Part shown: in pieces, positions 16,899 to 26,475 of the stretch
Layout of the letters: every line of letters begins with the position of its first letter
How positions within the stretch are numbered: position 1 is the stretch's first letter
Assembly: GCF_035285525.1 (NCBI RefSeq)
Contig: NZ_JAYKGW010000017.1
Location: 1 to 32,000, forward strand
Length of the DNA stretch: 32,000 nucleotides
Direction: 5' to 3'
Source of the DNA: Okeania sp.
GTDB taxonomy: Bacteria > Cyanobacteriota > Cyanobacteriia > Cyanobacteriales > Microcoleaceae
The notes under the pieces: generated by a model
Databases searched by the model: none
Seen by the model: the letters and a program-made list of their open reading frames with translations, nothing else
What the model was told of the DNA's origin: nothing
Translations under genes and position numbers: made by a program

Positions 16899-17804
16899 AT
16901 GCCTACTCAAAAACTCAAATATGCTTATTTTCCTGGTTGTGTAGCTCAAGGAGCTTGCCGAGAGCTTTATCAATCTACCCAAGCTCTGACCCAAGTCTTG
17001 GGAATAGAGTTAATAGAACTGAAAAAGGCTGCTTGTTGTGGTTCTGGCACCTTTAAAGAAGACTCTCAACTACTAGAAGATACCGTTAATGCCCGTAACA
17101 TAGCTTTAGCAGAGGAACTAAATTTACCACTACTAACTCACTGTAGCACTTGTCAAGGGGTTATTGGTCATGTAGATGAACGTCTTAAAGAATCTCAACA
17201 AACTGAGCCAGCTTATCTAGAACAAATCAATGGCCTCTTACAAAAACAAAGTTGTTCTCCCTATCAAGGCAGTACAGAGGTTAAACATTTACTTTGGGCG
17301 TTAGTGGCAGATTATGGTCTCGAAGAAATCCAAAATCGTGTCACCCGCAAGCTTTCTGGTCTTAAATGTGCTGCTTTTTATGGCTGCTATTTACTGAGAA
17401 GTCAAACTAATTTATCTTATGATGACCCCTATCAACCAGAATCTATGGAAAATGTGTTTCGGGCTATTGGGGCTATTCCTATTTATTATCGAGGTCGGAC
17501 TCAATGTTGTGGTTGGCCTCTTTCTAGTTATGCCACTAATCAGTCTTTTCAAATGGCTGGAAGTCATCTACAGGACGCTATTGACAATAGTGCAGATTGT
17601 ATGGTAACGCCCTGTCCTTTATGTCACTTAAATTTAGATTCTCGTCAACCAGAGGTGGAGAAAGTGATGGGACGTAAGTTGGGTTTACCAGTATTACATT
17701 TGCCCCAATTAATAGCTTTAGCTTTGGGTATTTCTCCAAAGGAACTGGGATTAGATCGTCATCTAGTCTCAACTCGTCCAGTATTAGAAAAGTTGGGACT
17801 TTGA
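16899..17804 (+). CDS. CCG-domain iron-sulfur protein, heterodisulfide reductase subunit B-like (HdrB / SdhE-type succinate dehydrogenase subunit family)
   Basis: 301 aa. Two cysteine-rich CCG-type motifs (YFPGCV...CCGSG and FYGCYL...QCCGWP...PCPLCH), the typical duplicated architecture. Confidence 0.7.
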   Translation: MPTQKLKYAYFPGCVAQGACRELYQSTQALTQVLGIELIELKKAACCGSGTFKEDSQLLEDTVNARNIALAEELNLPLLTHCSTCQGVIGHVDERLKESQQTEPAYLEQINGLLQKQSCSPYQGSTEVKHLLWALVADYGLEEIQNRVTRKLSGLKCAAFYGCYLLRSQTNLSYDDPYQPESMENVFRAIGAIPIYYRGRTQCCGWPLSSYATNQSFQMAGSHLQDAIDNSADCMVTPCPLCHLNLDSRQPEVEKVMGRKLGLPVLHLPQLIALALGISPKELGLDRHLVSTRPVLEKLGL

Positions 17805-17833
17805 TTCCTTTTTTGAAAAAGGAGTTATAAGTA

Positions 17834-17878
17834 TGGTTCCTGTGGTTCCTGTGGTTCCTGTGGTTCCTGTAGTTCCTG
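17834..17878. repeat. Nonamer tandem repeat (tggttcctg x5)
   Basis: Five contiguous 9-bp units, the last being tagttcctg. A ctactcc-type heptamer tract follows at 17978-18015. Confidence 0.85.
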
Positions 17879-18166
17879 TAGGAAGACATAAAAGGTAGGA
17901 AGAAGTAATTGTTTCTTGATTTTCCTGCACAGATATCACAAGATGATAACTTTTTGACTAACAAAAACCAAAAAATTCTCCCCCACTCCCCTACTCCCTA
18001 CTCCCTACTCCCTATCAGATTATTGAGATATTTTAAGTTTTTCAACAATGTTTATCAGTGATGAGAAGCAGTAATGTAAACTAAATCGAAGCATTCACAT
18101 CTAAAACTTGCTGTTCTATTTGCCTTTTGGTAGATATGACAGAATAAATTTGTTGGGAGAATTTAA

Positions 18167-18415
<249 letters not shown>

Positions 18416-18500
18416 TACTAATTCCCTTCTATTGATTTTAGATTTTAGATTTAATAGAGGGTGGGACAACTGTATCTAAAAAATTAAAAAATAAAAGCTT

Positions 18501-18530
18501 GATAGGGGGAAATTAGTCCCCCTATTTTTT
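18501..18530 (+). terminator. Rho-independent terminator of psaC
   Basis: ataggggg-aaattagt-ccccctat followed by tttttt, 86 nt after the stop. Confidence 0.7.
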
Positions 18531-18564
18531 GGCTTTCTATTGGTAGTGGACTGACACAGCTAAA

Positions 18565-18803
18565 ACCCATGTTCCGCACGTCAATTTGTAACACTAGAGT
18601 ATTATAAGAATTTGGTAGCTTAGTAAATATTTATACTGTAAGAATTATCTTCATTTATAGCAATGTGGGCACTTAATATTTACAAATTGCCGGAGGTGTC
18701 CAATAGCTAAAAACATTATATTTAGAGGCTATTGATTCTTCCTCCATACCTGTTCCCTATTGCCTGTTCCCTGTTGCCTGTTCCATAAAAGCAGCGCTAT
18801 AAC
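18565..18803 (+). repeat. Left arm of a ~235-bp inverted repeat pair that brackets the chemosensory locus
   Basis: Aligns over its whole length with the reverse complement of 30160-30389, e.g. cacttaatatttacaaattgccggaggtgtcc and ccatacctgttccctattgcctgttccct. This arm has one extra heptamer unit. Confidence 0.75.
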
Positions 18804-18853
18804 CCACATTCCGCACTTCAATTTGTAGTATCAAATTAGGAGTTAGAATTTTC

Positions 18854-18884
18854 TCCGGAATGCTCCGGAAACAGAATTTAGAAT
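18854..18884 (+). promoter_or_regulatory. Promoter candidate with a duplicated TCCGGA box and a TAGAAT -10 element
   Basis: tccgga at 18854-18859 and 18864-18869; tagaat at 18879-18884, 19 nt after the first box. Confidence 0.3.
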
Positions 18885-18889
18885 AAAGT

Positions 18890-18935
18890 CATACTCAAGT
18901 ATGTGAGCCAAGGAATTTATCCCTTGGCGTTTTTG
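18890..18935 (+). ncRNA. Candidate small RNA (~45-50 nt) ending in an intrinsic terminator
   Basis: gccaagg (18907-18913) - aatttatc - ccttggc (18922-18928) followed by gttttt. The T-run is present only on the + strand. The psaC terminator lies ~390 nt upstream, so this hairpin needs its own transcript. Confidence 0.3.
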
Positions 18936-19032
18936 CGCTGAGAAAGGCATTTTGCTAATAACTGACAACTGATAACTGATAACTGACCCCTACTCCTCAC
19001 TGCTTACTCCCTATTTATATTACTTCCTATAG

Positions 19033-22000
19033 CTATGGCCTATATATTGCCTGTTCCCTACTCCCTATCTTCAAACATTTTTGTAAGTTATTAATCAAGT
19101 CTTGGTCTAAATAAGGTTTAGTTAAATAGCCATTTGCACCCAACTGTTTACCTAACTGACGATAGGGTTGACTCCCACGAGATGTTAACATTAATACAGG
19201 CATTTCTTCCTGAGAATATTCTTTACGACAACGACTTAGGAACTCAAAGCCATTCATTTCTGGCATTTCTACATCACAAATAATGGCTTTAATATAAGTA
19301 TTTTGTTCGAGCTGTCTTAATCCAGCTTTACCGTCTTGAGCTTGCAGAACATTATATCCTGATTTTTGCAATGTTTTAGAAATAGTTTGGCGAGTAGTCA
19401 AGGAATCATCTATTACTAAAATAGTAGGTGCTTTTAAAAAAGTAGAATTTGATAAATTAGGGTGTTGAAATTGCCTCTGAATACCAGGTGATTTATGAGG
19501 ACTTGACCTGGTTTTATCTAAGGTTTTTTCTAATAATTTAATTCCGTCAATAACTGGTACTAAACTACCATCTCCTAAGATGGTACAACCATATAAATAT
19601 GATGGTAATGTTAAAGCTTTGCTAAAAGGTTTAATGGTTAAATTTTGTTCCATTAATATCTGTTCAATTTTGATAGCAATTGTATCTGTATCTTCAGAAA
19701 TTAATAATAACATTACCTTTCCTTGAGATTTTAGACCATAAGGACTTTTACCAAATTCAACAGTTTTTTCCTGCATATCCCTCAAGACTATTGGATAATT
19801 ATAATCTGATACTATTGATGGTGCTATTGATACTTTTTTGTTTCGCCAAGAATATATTTCTTCCCCTTCTTGACTAACTTTAATTTCAGTGGGGTCAGCA
19901 TAGACAATAGTTGCTAAAATGTCTAACGGAATGGCAAACAAATTACCTTCCATACGAAAAATTAATAATTTTGTAATTGTTAAAGTCCAAGGTAATCTGA
20001 GAATAAATCTTGCTCCTTTACCAATTTCAGATTGAATGGTAATATTGCCTTTTAATGCTTCTATTTGACGCAATACTGCATTTAATCCTACTCCTCTTCC
20101 TGATAAATCACTTACTTCTTCTTTGGTGGAAAAGTCAGGATAGAATAAAAATTGATATAATTGTTTGGTTGATAATTTTGCAGCTTCACTGGCAGAAACA
20201 ATATGCTTAAGTATGGCTTTATTCCGAATTTTGGCAACGTCTATTCCTCCACCATCATCTTGAATTTCAATATAAGTATAGTTTCCTTGATAATAAGATT
20301 TGATAGTAATTATTCCTACTTCTGATTTAGCATTAGCTTGTCTAATTTCTGGGGATTCAATACCGTGGTCGAAAGCATTTCTGAGTATATGAACTATAGG
20401 GTCATATAATTTCCCTAAAACTGCTTTATCAATCAAAGTATTTGCCCCTACTAATTCTAATTTTACCTGTTTTTGTTTTTCCAATGATAAATCTCGAATC
20501 ATTCTGGGGAATCTATTAAATAATGATTCGATAGGTAACATTCGAGTTTTAGTAATATGACTTTGAATTTGTTGTAAGGTTTGTTGTCTTTTTTTGATAA
20601 TTTGTTGACTCTGCTGGTGTAATAGTTTAATGTCATCTACTGCTTCTCCTATTTGAGAAATTTCTTCTAGTAGATTTGGTAACATATTAATTAAAGAACC
20701 TAGTTTTTTATTCTGAGGGTTTTCAGATTGATTTAGCTTCTCAGCAAAGGCATTAATGTCTTGAAATTTTGCCATTAATTGCTGAAATTTTTGCCATCCT
20801 TTATCTAAGGTTTCTATTGAGGCTTGGGATTGTTGATTTTGCAGAATAAAACTATTATCTTGAGTGGTTAATTCTCCAACTAAATTATTCAACATTTCTA
20901 AGCGTTTCATATCTATCCTAATGCCTAAATTAGATGAAGATTGGAAAGTAGTTTGTTTTTCCAGATTTTCCTTTTTATCATCAGTAACTTCTGGTGCAGA
21001 AGCTTCTTGAACAGAAATATTTACTGATGCTTTATCAACATTAGAAATTGGAGTTTTAATTCTGCTAGTTGTCTGTACTTTTTGACTTTGATTTTGATTA
21101 TTCACTTGAGATTTTTTACTAACTTGATTTACTGTTCCTGACTTTAATTTTTGAGTGGCTTTTGGTGCAGTAGTGCTGCTATTTTTTGGCACTTTTTGAC
21201 CTTGATTTTGATTAGTAACTCGAGATTTTTTAGTGGCTTGATTAACTTGTTTTGACTGAGTATTTGCTACAGTTGTTTTAGGTTTTAATGGTTTGGTCAA
21301 TCTTACCAATGTTGCATTTGGTTGCCCTCCTTGAACGCGATCGCCTTCTAATACAGCTTTTTGCCCTTTCCAAAAATCTGCTAAAGCTAACTGACCAATT
21401 TTGGCTGTATATTTGGGATTAACATCCAAAGCTCTAATTGTAGTTTCCGCAATGGAAGCAAACCCAGACAAATTCAGCATTGTTCCCAATGTCGCAAATA
21501 CTTCCGCTTGTCTCTTCAATTCATTTTTCAGGGATAAACTATTGTCACCTTTACTTTTCCCAGCTAATAAACTTTCCCAACGGTGCAAACCAGAAGGTAT
21601 TTCTTCTGTAAATAGAAACTTAGCCATATCACCCTGTTCCATTGGTACTTCCGGAAATTCTGCTGCTGCTTCCAGAGAATGCCCAAGTTTACTTTCCAAC
21701 TGCTCAAAAATTTGTTTTGCTTGACTAAGGGCAGTCTTTTCATTGTAGTTACCTGTTTCAATTTGTTCTAGAGTTGGCGATCGCAAACAGTCAAAAGCTT
21801 GCAATAGTAAATTTTCGAGCGCTACATCAAAAACAGTATTTTCCTGATAAAGCGCTCTGATGCCATTTTCTAAATTATGGGCAATGGTTTTAATACCCAT
21901 TAAACCGATACAAGCAGCACCACCTTTAATAGAATGAGCTGCCCTCATTAATTTATGGAGTGTTTGCAGTTCATGTTCTTGAGAAATATTTATTAACCCT

Positions 22001-22074
22001 TGCTCAAGAGTTTGCAATAATTCTGTAGTTTCTTCTACGAAAAATTCGTAAGCTTGGTCATCAATTTCTATCAT
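19033..22074 (-). CDS. pixL: Hybrid CheA-type histidine kinase (Hpt - long linker - dimerisation/HATPase - CheW-like - receiver), PixL-like
   Basis: 1013 aa. Hpt is LMRAAHSIKGGAA (His47). N box HILRNAFDHGIE, G1 DDGGGID, G2 GRGVGLN. CheW-like block LLIFRMEGNLFAIPLD. C-terminal REC is ILVIDDS...DVEMPEMNG...LTSRG...KP. Confidence 0.9.
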   Translation of the reverse strand: MIEIDDQAYEFFVEETTELLQTLEQGLINISQEHELQTLHKLMRAAHSIKGGAACIGLMGIKTIAHNLENGIRALYQENTVFDVALENLLLQAFDCLRSPTLEQIETGNYNEKTALSQAKQIFEQLESKLGHSLEAAAEFPEVPMEQGDMAKFLFTEEIPSGLHRWESLLAGKSKGDNSLSLKNELKRQAEVFATLGTMLNLSGFASIAETTIRALDVNPKYTAKIGQLALADFWKGQKAVLEGDRVQGGQPNATLVRLTKPLKPKTTVANTQSKQVNQATKKSRVTNQNQGQKVPKNSSTTAPKATQKLKSGTVNQVSKKSQVNNQNQSQKVQTTSRIKTPISNVDKASVNISVQEASAPEVTDDKKENLEKQTTFQSSSNLGIRIDMKRLEMLNNLVGELTTQDNSFILQNQQSQASIETLDKGWQKFQQLMAKFQDINAFAEKLNQSENPQNKKLGSLINMLPNLLEEISQIGEAVDDIKLLHQQSQQIIKKRQQTLQQIQSHITKTRMLPIESLFNRFPRMIRDLSLEKQKQVKLELVGANTLIDKAVLGKLYDPIVHILRNAFDHGIESPEIRQANAKSEVGIITIKSYYQGNYTYIEIQDDGGGIDVAKIRNKAILKHIVSASEAAKLSTKQLYQFLFYPDFSTKEEVSDLSGRGVGLNAVLRQIEALKGNITIQSEIGKGARFILRLPWTLTITKLLIFRMEGNLFAIPLDILATIVYADPTEIKVSQEGEEIYSWRNKKVSIAPSIVSDYNYPIVLRDMQEKTVEFGKSPYGLKSQGKVMLLLISEDTDTIAIKIEQILMEQNLTIKPFSKALTLPSYLYGCTILGDGSLVPVIDGIKLLEKTLDKTRSSPHKSPGIQRQFQHPNLSNSTFLKAPTILVIDDSLTTRQTISKTLQKSGYNVLQAQDGKAGLRQLEQNTYIKAIICDVEMPEMNGFEFLSRCRKEYSQEEMPVLMLTSRGSQPYRQLGKQLGANGYLTKPYLDQDLINNLQKCLKIGSREQAIYRP

Positions 22075-22083
22075 AATAGGTAA

Positions 22084-22434
22084 TAGGGAATAGGGAATAG
22101 TCGTAGGTTGGGTTGAGGAACGAAACCCAACATTAGGGAGTAGGAACTAAGCCAGAAACCCGGTTTCTTTAGGGAATAGGGAATAGTCGTAGGTTGGGTT
22201 GAGGAACGAAACCCAACATTAGGGAATAGGAACTAAGCTAGAAACCCGGTTTCTTGAGGGAAGAGGTATGGAAGGAATAGGGAATAGTCGTAGGTTGGGT
22301 TGAGGAACGAAACCCAACATTAGGGAATAGGAACTAAACTAGAAACCCGGTTTCTTATCAGTGCGATTTTTCGGGAACCGTGTATCTTGCTTCCTTGGGT
22401 GTACCGGAACTAAGCTAGAAACCAGGTTTCTTTT
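22084..22434. repeat. Three and a half tandem copies of a composite ~87-100 bp module (heptamers, gtaggttgggttgaggaacgaaacccaac hairpin, ctaagc.agaaacccggtttctt hairpin)
   Basis: Units start at ~22084, 22171 and 22274, with a partial unit at 22406-22434. They fill the pixJ-pixL spacer. Confidence 0.8.
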
Positions 22435-22490
22435 TGGACAAGAAATAAACCCCCAATTATTAATTATTAATTGTTCCCTGTTCCCTTCTT

Positions 22491-25400
22491 TTAATTTACC
22501 TTAAACTCTGCCACATTCTTTTCTAACTCCCCAGCAACTTCTAGTAACTTAGCAAAAGACTGCGCCACAGTCATAGACTGTTCAGAAGTTTGATTAGCGA
22601 TCGCTGCCACCTCCTCCATAGTTTTCGACAGTGCATTAGAAGTATCAGCTTGAGTAGTAGCAGAAACAGTAATCTCCCCTACCAACTCACTAATTTGTCC
22701 ACTCACATCCAACACATCCGTTAGAGTTTTTCGTGCCCCCTTAACTAACTCAGTACCAATCATAACTCGCTTGCGTCCTACCACCATTGCCTTAATCACC
22801 TCAGTGGTGCCAGACTGAATCTCCTCGACAATTTGCTCTATCTCCTGAGTCGCACTAGCCGACTGTTCTGCCAGAGAACGTACTTCACTGGCAACCGTCG
22901 CAAAACCTTGGTCGTCTTGCCCCGCTCTAGTTGCCTCCACGGAAGCATTCAAAGCCAAAACATTAGTTTGATTTGCCAAATCATTAATCAAACTCAACAC
23001 CCGGGAAATCTTCTTAGAAGTTTCCCCCAAAACCTTCACCTTCCTAGCAGTTGCCTCCACAGTTTTCTGAATCCCCACAATACCATCCACAGTTTTATTC
23101 ATCGCTGCATCACTGGTTTGCAGAATCTGATTTGCCTGCTGCACCTTAGCTTCGGCTTGTTGAGCATTACCCACCACTGCCTTGACTGAATTAGCCATCA
23201 CCTGAATTTTTTCCAGAGCATTAATAATCGCCTCCGCTTGCCGTGTCGCTCCCACAGACAACTTCTTAATCTCTGCCTCATTACCCTCAGTCGTCGAACT
23301 CACCACATTTGTTGCCGACTGCACCTGCAACACCAACTGCTGTAAATTTTCAATCGTGGCATTAAAAAAGTCAGCCACAGTTCCCATCACACCACTGGTT
23401 ACAGCAGCACGCACCGTCAAATCACCATCAAAAGAACTTTCGATTTCTGACAAAAACTTTTCAATTTGACTTTCTAACAACTCCTTTTGCTGCTGTTGCT
23501 CAATAGACACACTCTCAGCTTTTCGACGAGCCTGTTCAACCTGTTGCAACAAAACCGCCTGGTCCAAAGCATACCCAATCTGCAAAGCCACCTGTTTAAA
23601 CACCTCAACATCTGACTCCAACCAGTTGCGAGTTTCCGAACATTGATGCACACCCAACAAACCATAGAGAATCTGATTCACCAAAATTGGAGCCACCATA
23701 TTCGCCTTCACCTGCCATTTTTTTAACTGTTCCTCATGGCAAGCAGTCAAACCTGCCTTACTAATATCAGCATTCACTAACACCCGACCTTGACGATATG
23801 GTTCCACATAATCTGCTGGAAAACAAGTCACATCGCTTTCCACCTCCGAAATATTGATATACCCTTGTTTCACTGCCTCACTAATAATCTTACCATCCCA
23901 GTCTTCATCAAAGCGATAAACTACCACCCTGTCAGCCTCTATTAACTTTAGCGCCTCCTCTACACCTGTACGGAAAATGCGTTCAATATCAAGAGACTCT
24001 CGAATCCTTAAACTAATTTGATTCAACTTTTTCGACTGCTCAACACTTGTTTTTTGTTGTTGGAGGAGGTTTTCCTGTTCCACCGCAAAACCAACTTGAG
24101 TAGCCAACTGCCTAACGAAATCCACCTCCGTATCTTTCCAGTTCCGGGGAGCAGAACATTGATTAATCACAAAGAAACCATACAGCTTTTTGTCAACAAA
24201 AATTGGAGCCGTCAAAGTTGCCTTAATTGCCAAAGGTTCAGCATCCTTTAAATAACACTCAGTAGTCTTAGCATCGTCAATTATAGTTTGAGAAGGGTCA
24301 TGCAAATTTCTCAGAACCTTAACTCGTCCTCGCAAATAAGCCTTAATATGATGTTCCTTAAAACACTTGCTATCTAACTTACTACCCAGAGCAGCATACC
24401 ACATACTATCCACCGACTCAGCCACAACCACACCATTGTAGTCATCATCTAACTTATAAACCATCACTCGGTCTGCTGCTAACACTTGGCGAGTCTCCAC
24501 CACCACCGTATTAAAAATATCCTGTTCATTCAAAGACTCCCGAATCATCGAACTAATTTCATTCAACCGTCGCGCTTGTTCCGTCGCCACCCTTTGTTGT
24601 TCCAAAAGTCCTTGCTGTTCCAAAGCAGTGCTGACTTGACTAGCCAACTGTTTGATAAAATTAACTTCTGACTCTTGCCAACTTCGAGGTTTAGAACATT
24701 GGTGAATAATCAACCAACCATACAACCTTGCCTCCACTAGAATTGGTGCAGAAATGTTCGCCTTAACATCAAAAGGTTTTAATAGCTGAAGCATACATTC
24801 AGATACCCCAGGACTATTAATATTTTTAATTGTACTAACTTGTCCGCGCAAATAAGATTTAAAATTTTTCGCAAAGCAAGGATCAGCTATTTTCTGCCCC
24901 AGAGTGCTTTTCCAACCCTGACCGAGTGATTCTGCTATCACTGTACCAACCATATTCTCATCAAAACAATAAATTATAGCACGGTCAGCTCCCAGAGCAT
25001 TACGAGCCTCCTCAATCACAAGGTCAAAAACTTCTTCAATATTCGTGGTACTACGAAGATTCATAGAAATTTCATTTAATAAGCGAGCCTGTTTAGTCGC
25101 CGCTTGTTGCTTTTCCAATAGATACGCTTGGTCTAGAGCATATCCCACCTGAACACCAACCTTCCGCATCAAATCCATTTCTAACTCCGTCCAACCTCTT
25201 GGACCGGAGCATTGGTGAGCAATCAACAAACCCTGCAACTCCTTCTCCACTACAATAGGAGCAACCAAATTAGCCTGCACCTCAAAAGGTTCGAGTTGAC
25301 CAAGATAACACTGAGTCAATCCCGCTTCATAAATATTTTCTGTAGCTTGAACTCGTCCTTGTTGATAAGATTGTATATAGCGATCAGCAAAACAAGGGTC

Positions 25401-26414
25401 AGCAATTTTTGCCCCCAACGCTTTCGGCCAGCCACTACCCACCGACTCAGCAATAACAGTACCCTTCCACTCTTCATCAAACTCATACACCACCACCCGG
25501 TCTGAGTTTAAAGCACGGCGAGTTTCTTCAACAGCAGTCACCAAAATATCCTTCAGATTGAGAGACTTACGAATTTCAGCATTGATGTAATTTAAGTTTT
25601 GAGCTTGTTGAGTAGCTGCCCGTTGTTTTTCTAATAATAATGCTTGGTCTACAGCATAACCAAGTTGAATCGCCAATTGTTGGAAAAACTCAATTTCTGA
25701 CTCCACCCATTGTCGAGGTTGAGCGCAATGATGCGCTATCAATAACCCCAGTAACTTTCCATTAGCAAGTATAGGCGCAACCAAATTTGCTCTCACAGCA
25801 AAAGGTTCCAATTGCTTAATGTGACATTCAGTTAATCCAGCCTTATAGATATCAGGAGTCGCTCCTACCCGCCCTTTCTTGTAAAATTCTACATAGCGAT
25901 CAGCAAAACAAGGATCCGCTATTTCCGCTCCCATAGCCTTTGGCCATTGTACATCTACTGATTCTGCAATAACTGTACCTTGCCAATTTTTATCAAATTC
26001 ATATACTATTACTCTATCTGTTTGCAAAGCAGCCCTAGCATCTTGCACCACAGTTTTAAAGATGTCTTCAATATTGAGAGACTCCCGAATATTTGACGTG
26101 ATTTCGTTTAATAATTCAGCCCTTTCTGCTGCCGCTCCTTCTTTTTCTATTAATAATTGAAGTTGATTAATTCTGATATCTATATTAGAGCGTAATGTGG
26201 CTAAATCTTCTGCCAAAGCATTAGTTTTTGCCTTTAACCCTTGTGGTTTTTGATTAGTATTTGGCTGCCAAACTTCTACTGGCACAATTGTTACCTCCTC
26301 ATCATCTACTTGATTCTTTGTAGTTTCTCGATTAGATTTTTGAGAGTAATCTTGAGCTTGATTTTGTACTCTATTATCTGGCTGGTTGTTTTTTCTAAAA
26401 CGTGCTTGTGTCAT
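22491..26414 (-). CDS. pixJ: Soluble methyl-accepting chemotaxis protein with five tandem cyanobacteriochrome-type GAF domains (PixJ/PtxD-like phototaxis receptor)
   Basis: 1307 aa. GAF units have a period of ~172 aa, each ending (I/V)(A/I/N)HQC..(P/T)R.W. There are three DPCF motifs. The MA domain contains NDLANQTNVLALNASVEATRAG. No hydrophobic helices are seen. Confidence 0.9.
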   Translation of the reverse strand: MTQARFRKNNQPDNRVQNQAQDYSQKSNRETTKNQVDDEEVTIVPVEVWQPNTNQKPQGLKAKTNALAEDLATLRSNIDIRINQLQLLIEKEGAAAERAELLNEITSNIRESLNIEDIFKTVVQDARAALQTDRVIVYEFDKNWQGTVIAESVDVQWPKAMGAEIADPCFADRYVEFYKKGRVGATPDIYKAGLTECHIKQLEPFAVRANLVAPILANGKLLGLLIAHHCAQPRQWVESEIEFFQQLAIQLGYAVDQALLLEKQRAATQQAQNLNYINAEIRKSLNLKDILVTAVEETRRALNSDRVVVYEFDEEWKGTVIAESVGSGWPKALGAKIADPCFADRYIQSYQQGRVQATENIYEAGLTQCYLGQLEPFEVQANLVAPIVVEKELQGLLIAHQCSGPRGWTELEMDLMRKVGVQVGYALDQAYLLEKQQAATKQARLLNEISMNLRSTTNIEEVFDLVIEEARNALGADRAIIYCFDENMVGTVIAESLGQGWKSTLGQKIADPCFAKNFKSYLRGQVSTIKNINSPGVSECMLQLLKPFDVKANISAPILVEARLYGWLIIHQCSKPRSWQESEVNFIKQLASQVSTALEQQGLLEQQRVATEQARRLNEISSMIRESLNEQDIFNTVVVETRQVLAADRVMVYKLDDDYNGVVVAESVDSMWYAALGSKLDSKCFKEHHIKAYLRGRVKVLRNLHDPSQTIIDDAKTTECYLKDAEPLAIKATLTAPIFVDKKLYGFFVINQCSAPRNWKDTEVDFVRQLATQVGFAVEQENLLQQQKTSVEQSKKLNQISLRIRESLDIERIFRTGVEEALKLIEADRVVVYRFDEDWDGKIISEAVKQGYINISEVESDVTCFPADYVEPYRQGRVLVNADISKAGLTACHEEQLKKWQVKANMVAPILVNQILYGLLGVHQCSETRNWLESDVEVFKQVALQIGYALDQAVLLQQVEQARRKAESVSIEQQQQKELLESQIEKFLSEIESSFDGDLTVRAAVTSGVMGTVADFFNATIENLQQLVLQVQSATNVVSSTTEGNEAEIKKLSVGATRQAEAIINALEKIQVMANSVKAVVGNAQQAEAKVQQANQILQTSDAAMNKTVDGIVGIQKTVEATARKVKVLGETSKKISRVLSLINDLANQTNVLALNASVEATRAGQDDQGFATVASEVRSLAEQSASATQEIEQIVEEIQSGTTEVIKAMVVGRKRVMIGTELVKGARKTLTDVLDVSGQISELVGEITVSATTQADTSNALSKTMEEVAAIANQTSEQSMTVAQSFAKLLEVAGELEKNVAEFKVN

Positions 26415-26475
26415 TTATTTTAGGAAATAGGAAATAGTGCGACCATCTTGCTCGCATTGGAACAGGGACTAAGCT

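Noticed and set aside
17578-17964. 128-aa minus-strand ORF containing NYRNHRNHRNHRNH
   Set aside because: The repetitive peptide is just the translated tggttcctg nonamer tract. The ORF overlaps the 3' end of the well-supported HdrB-like gene and has no RBS.
19680-26423. Short ORFs within or antisense to pixL and pixJ (19680-19877, 21401-21724, 21564-21761, 22833-23189, 23474-23665, 24018-24251, 24486-24671, 25212-25505, 26241-26423)
   Set aside because: All are nested in the two large, domain-rich genes and have no independent signals.
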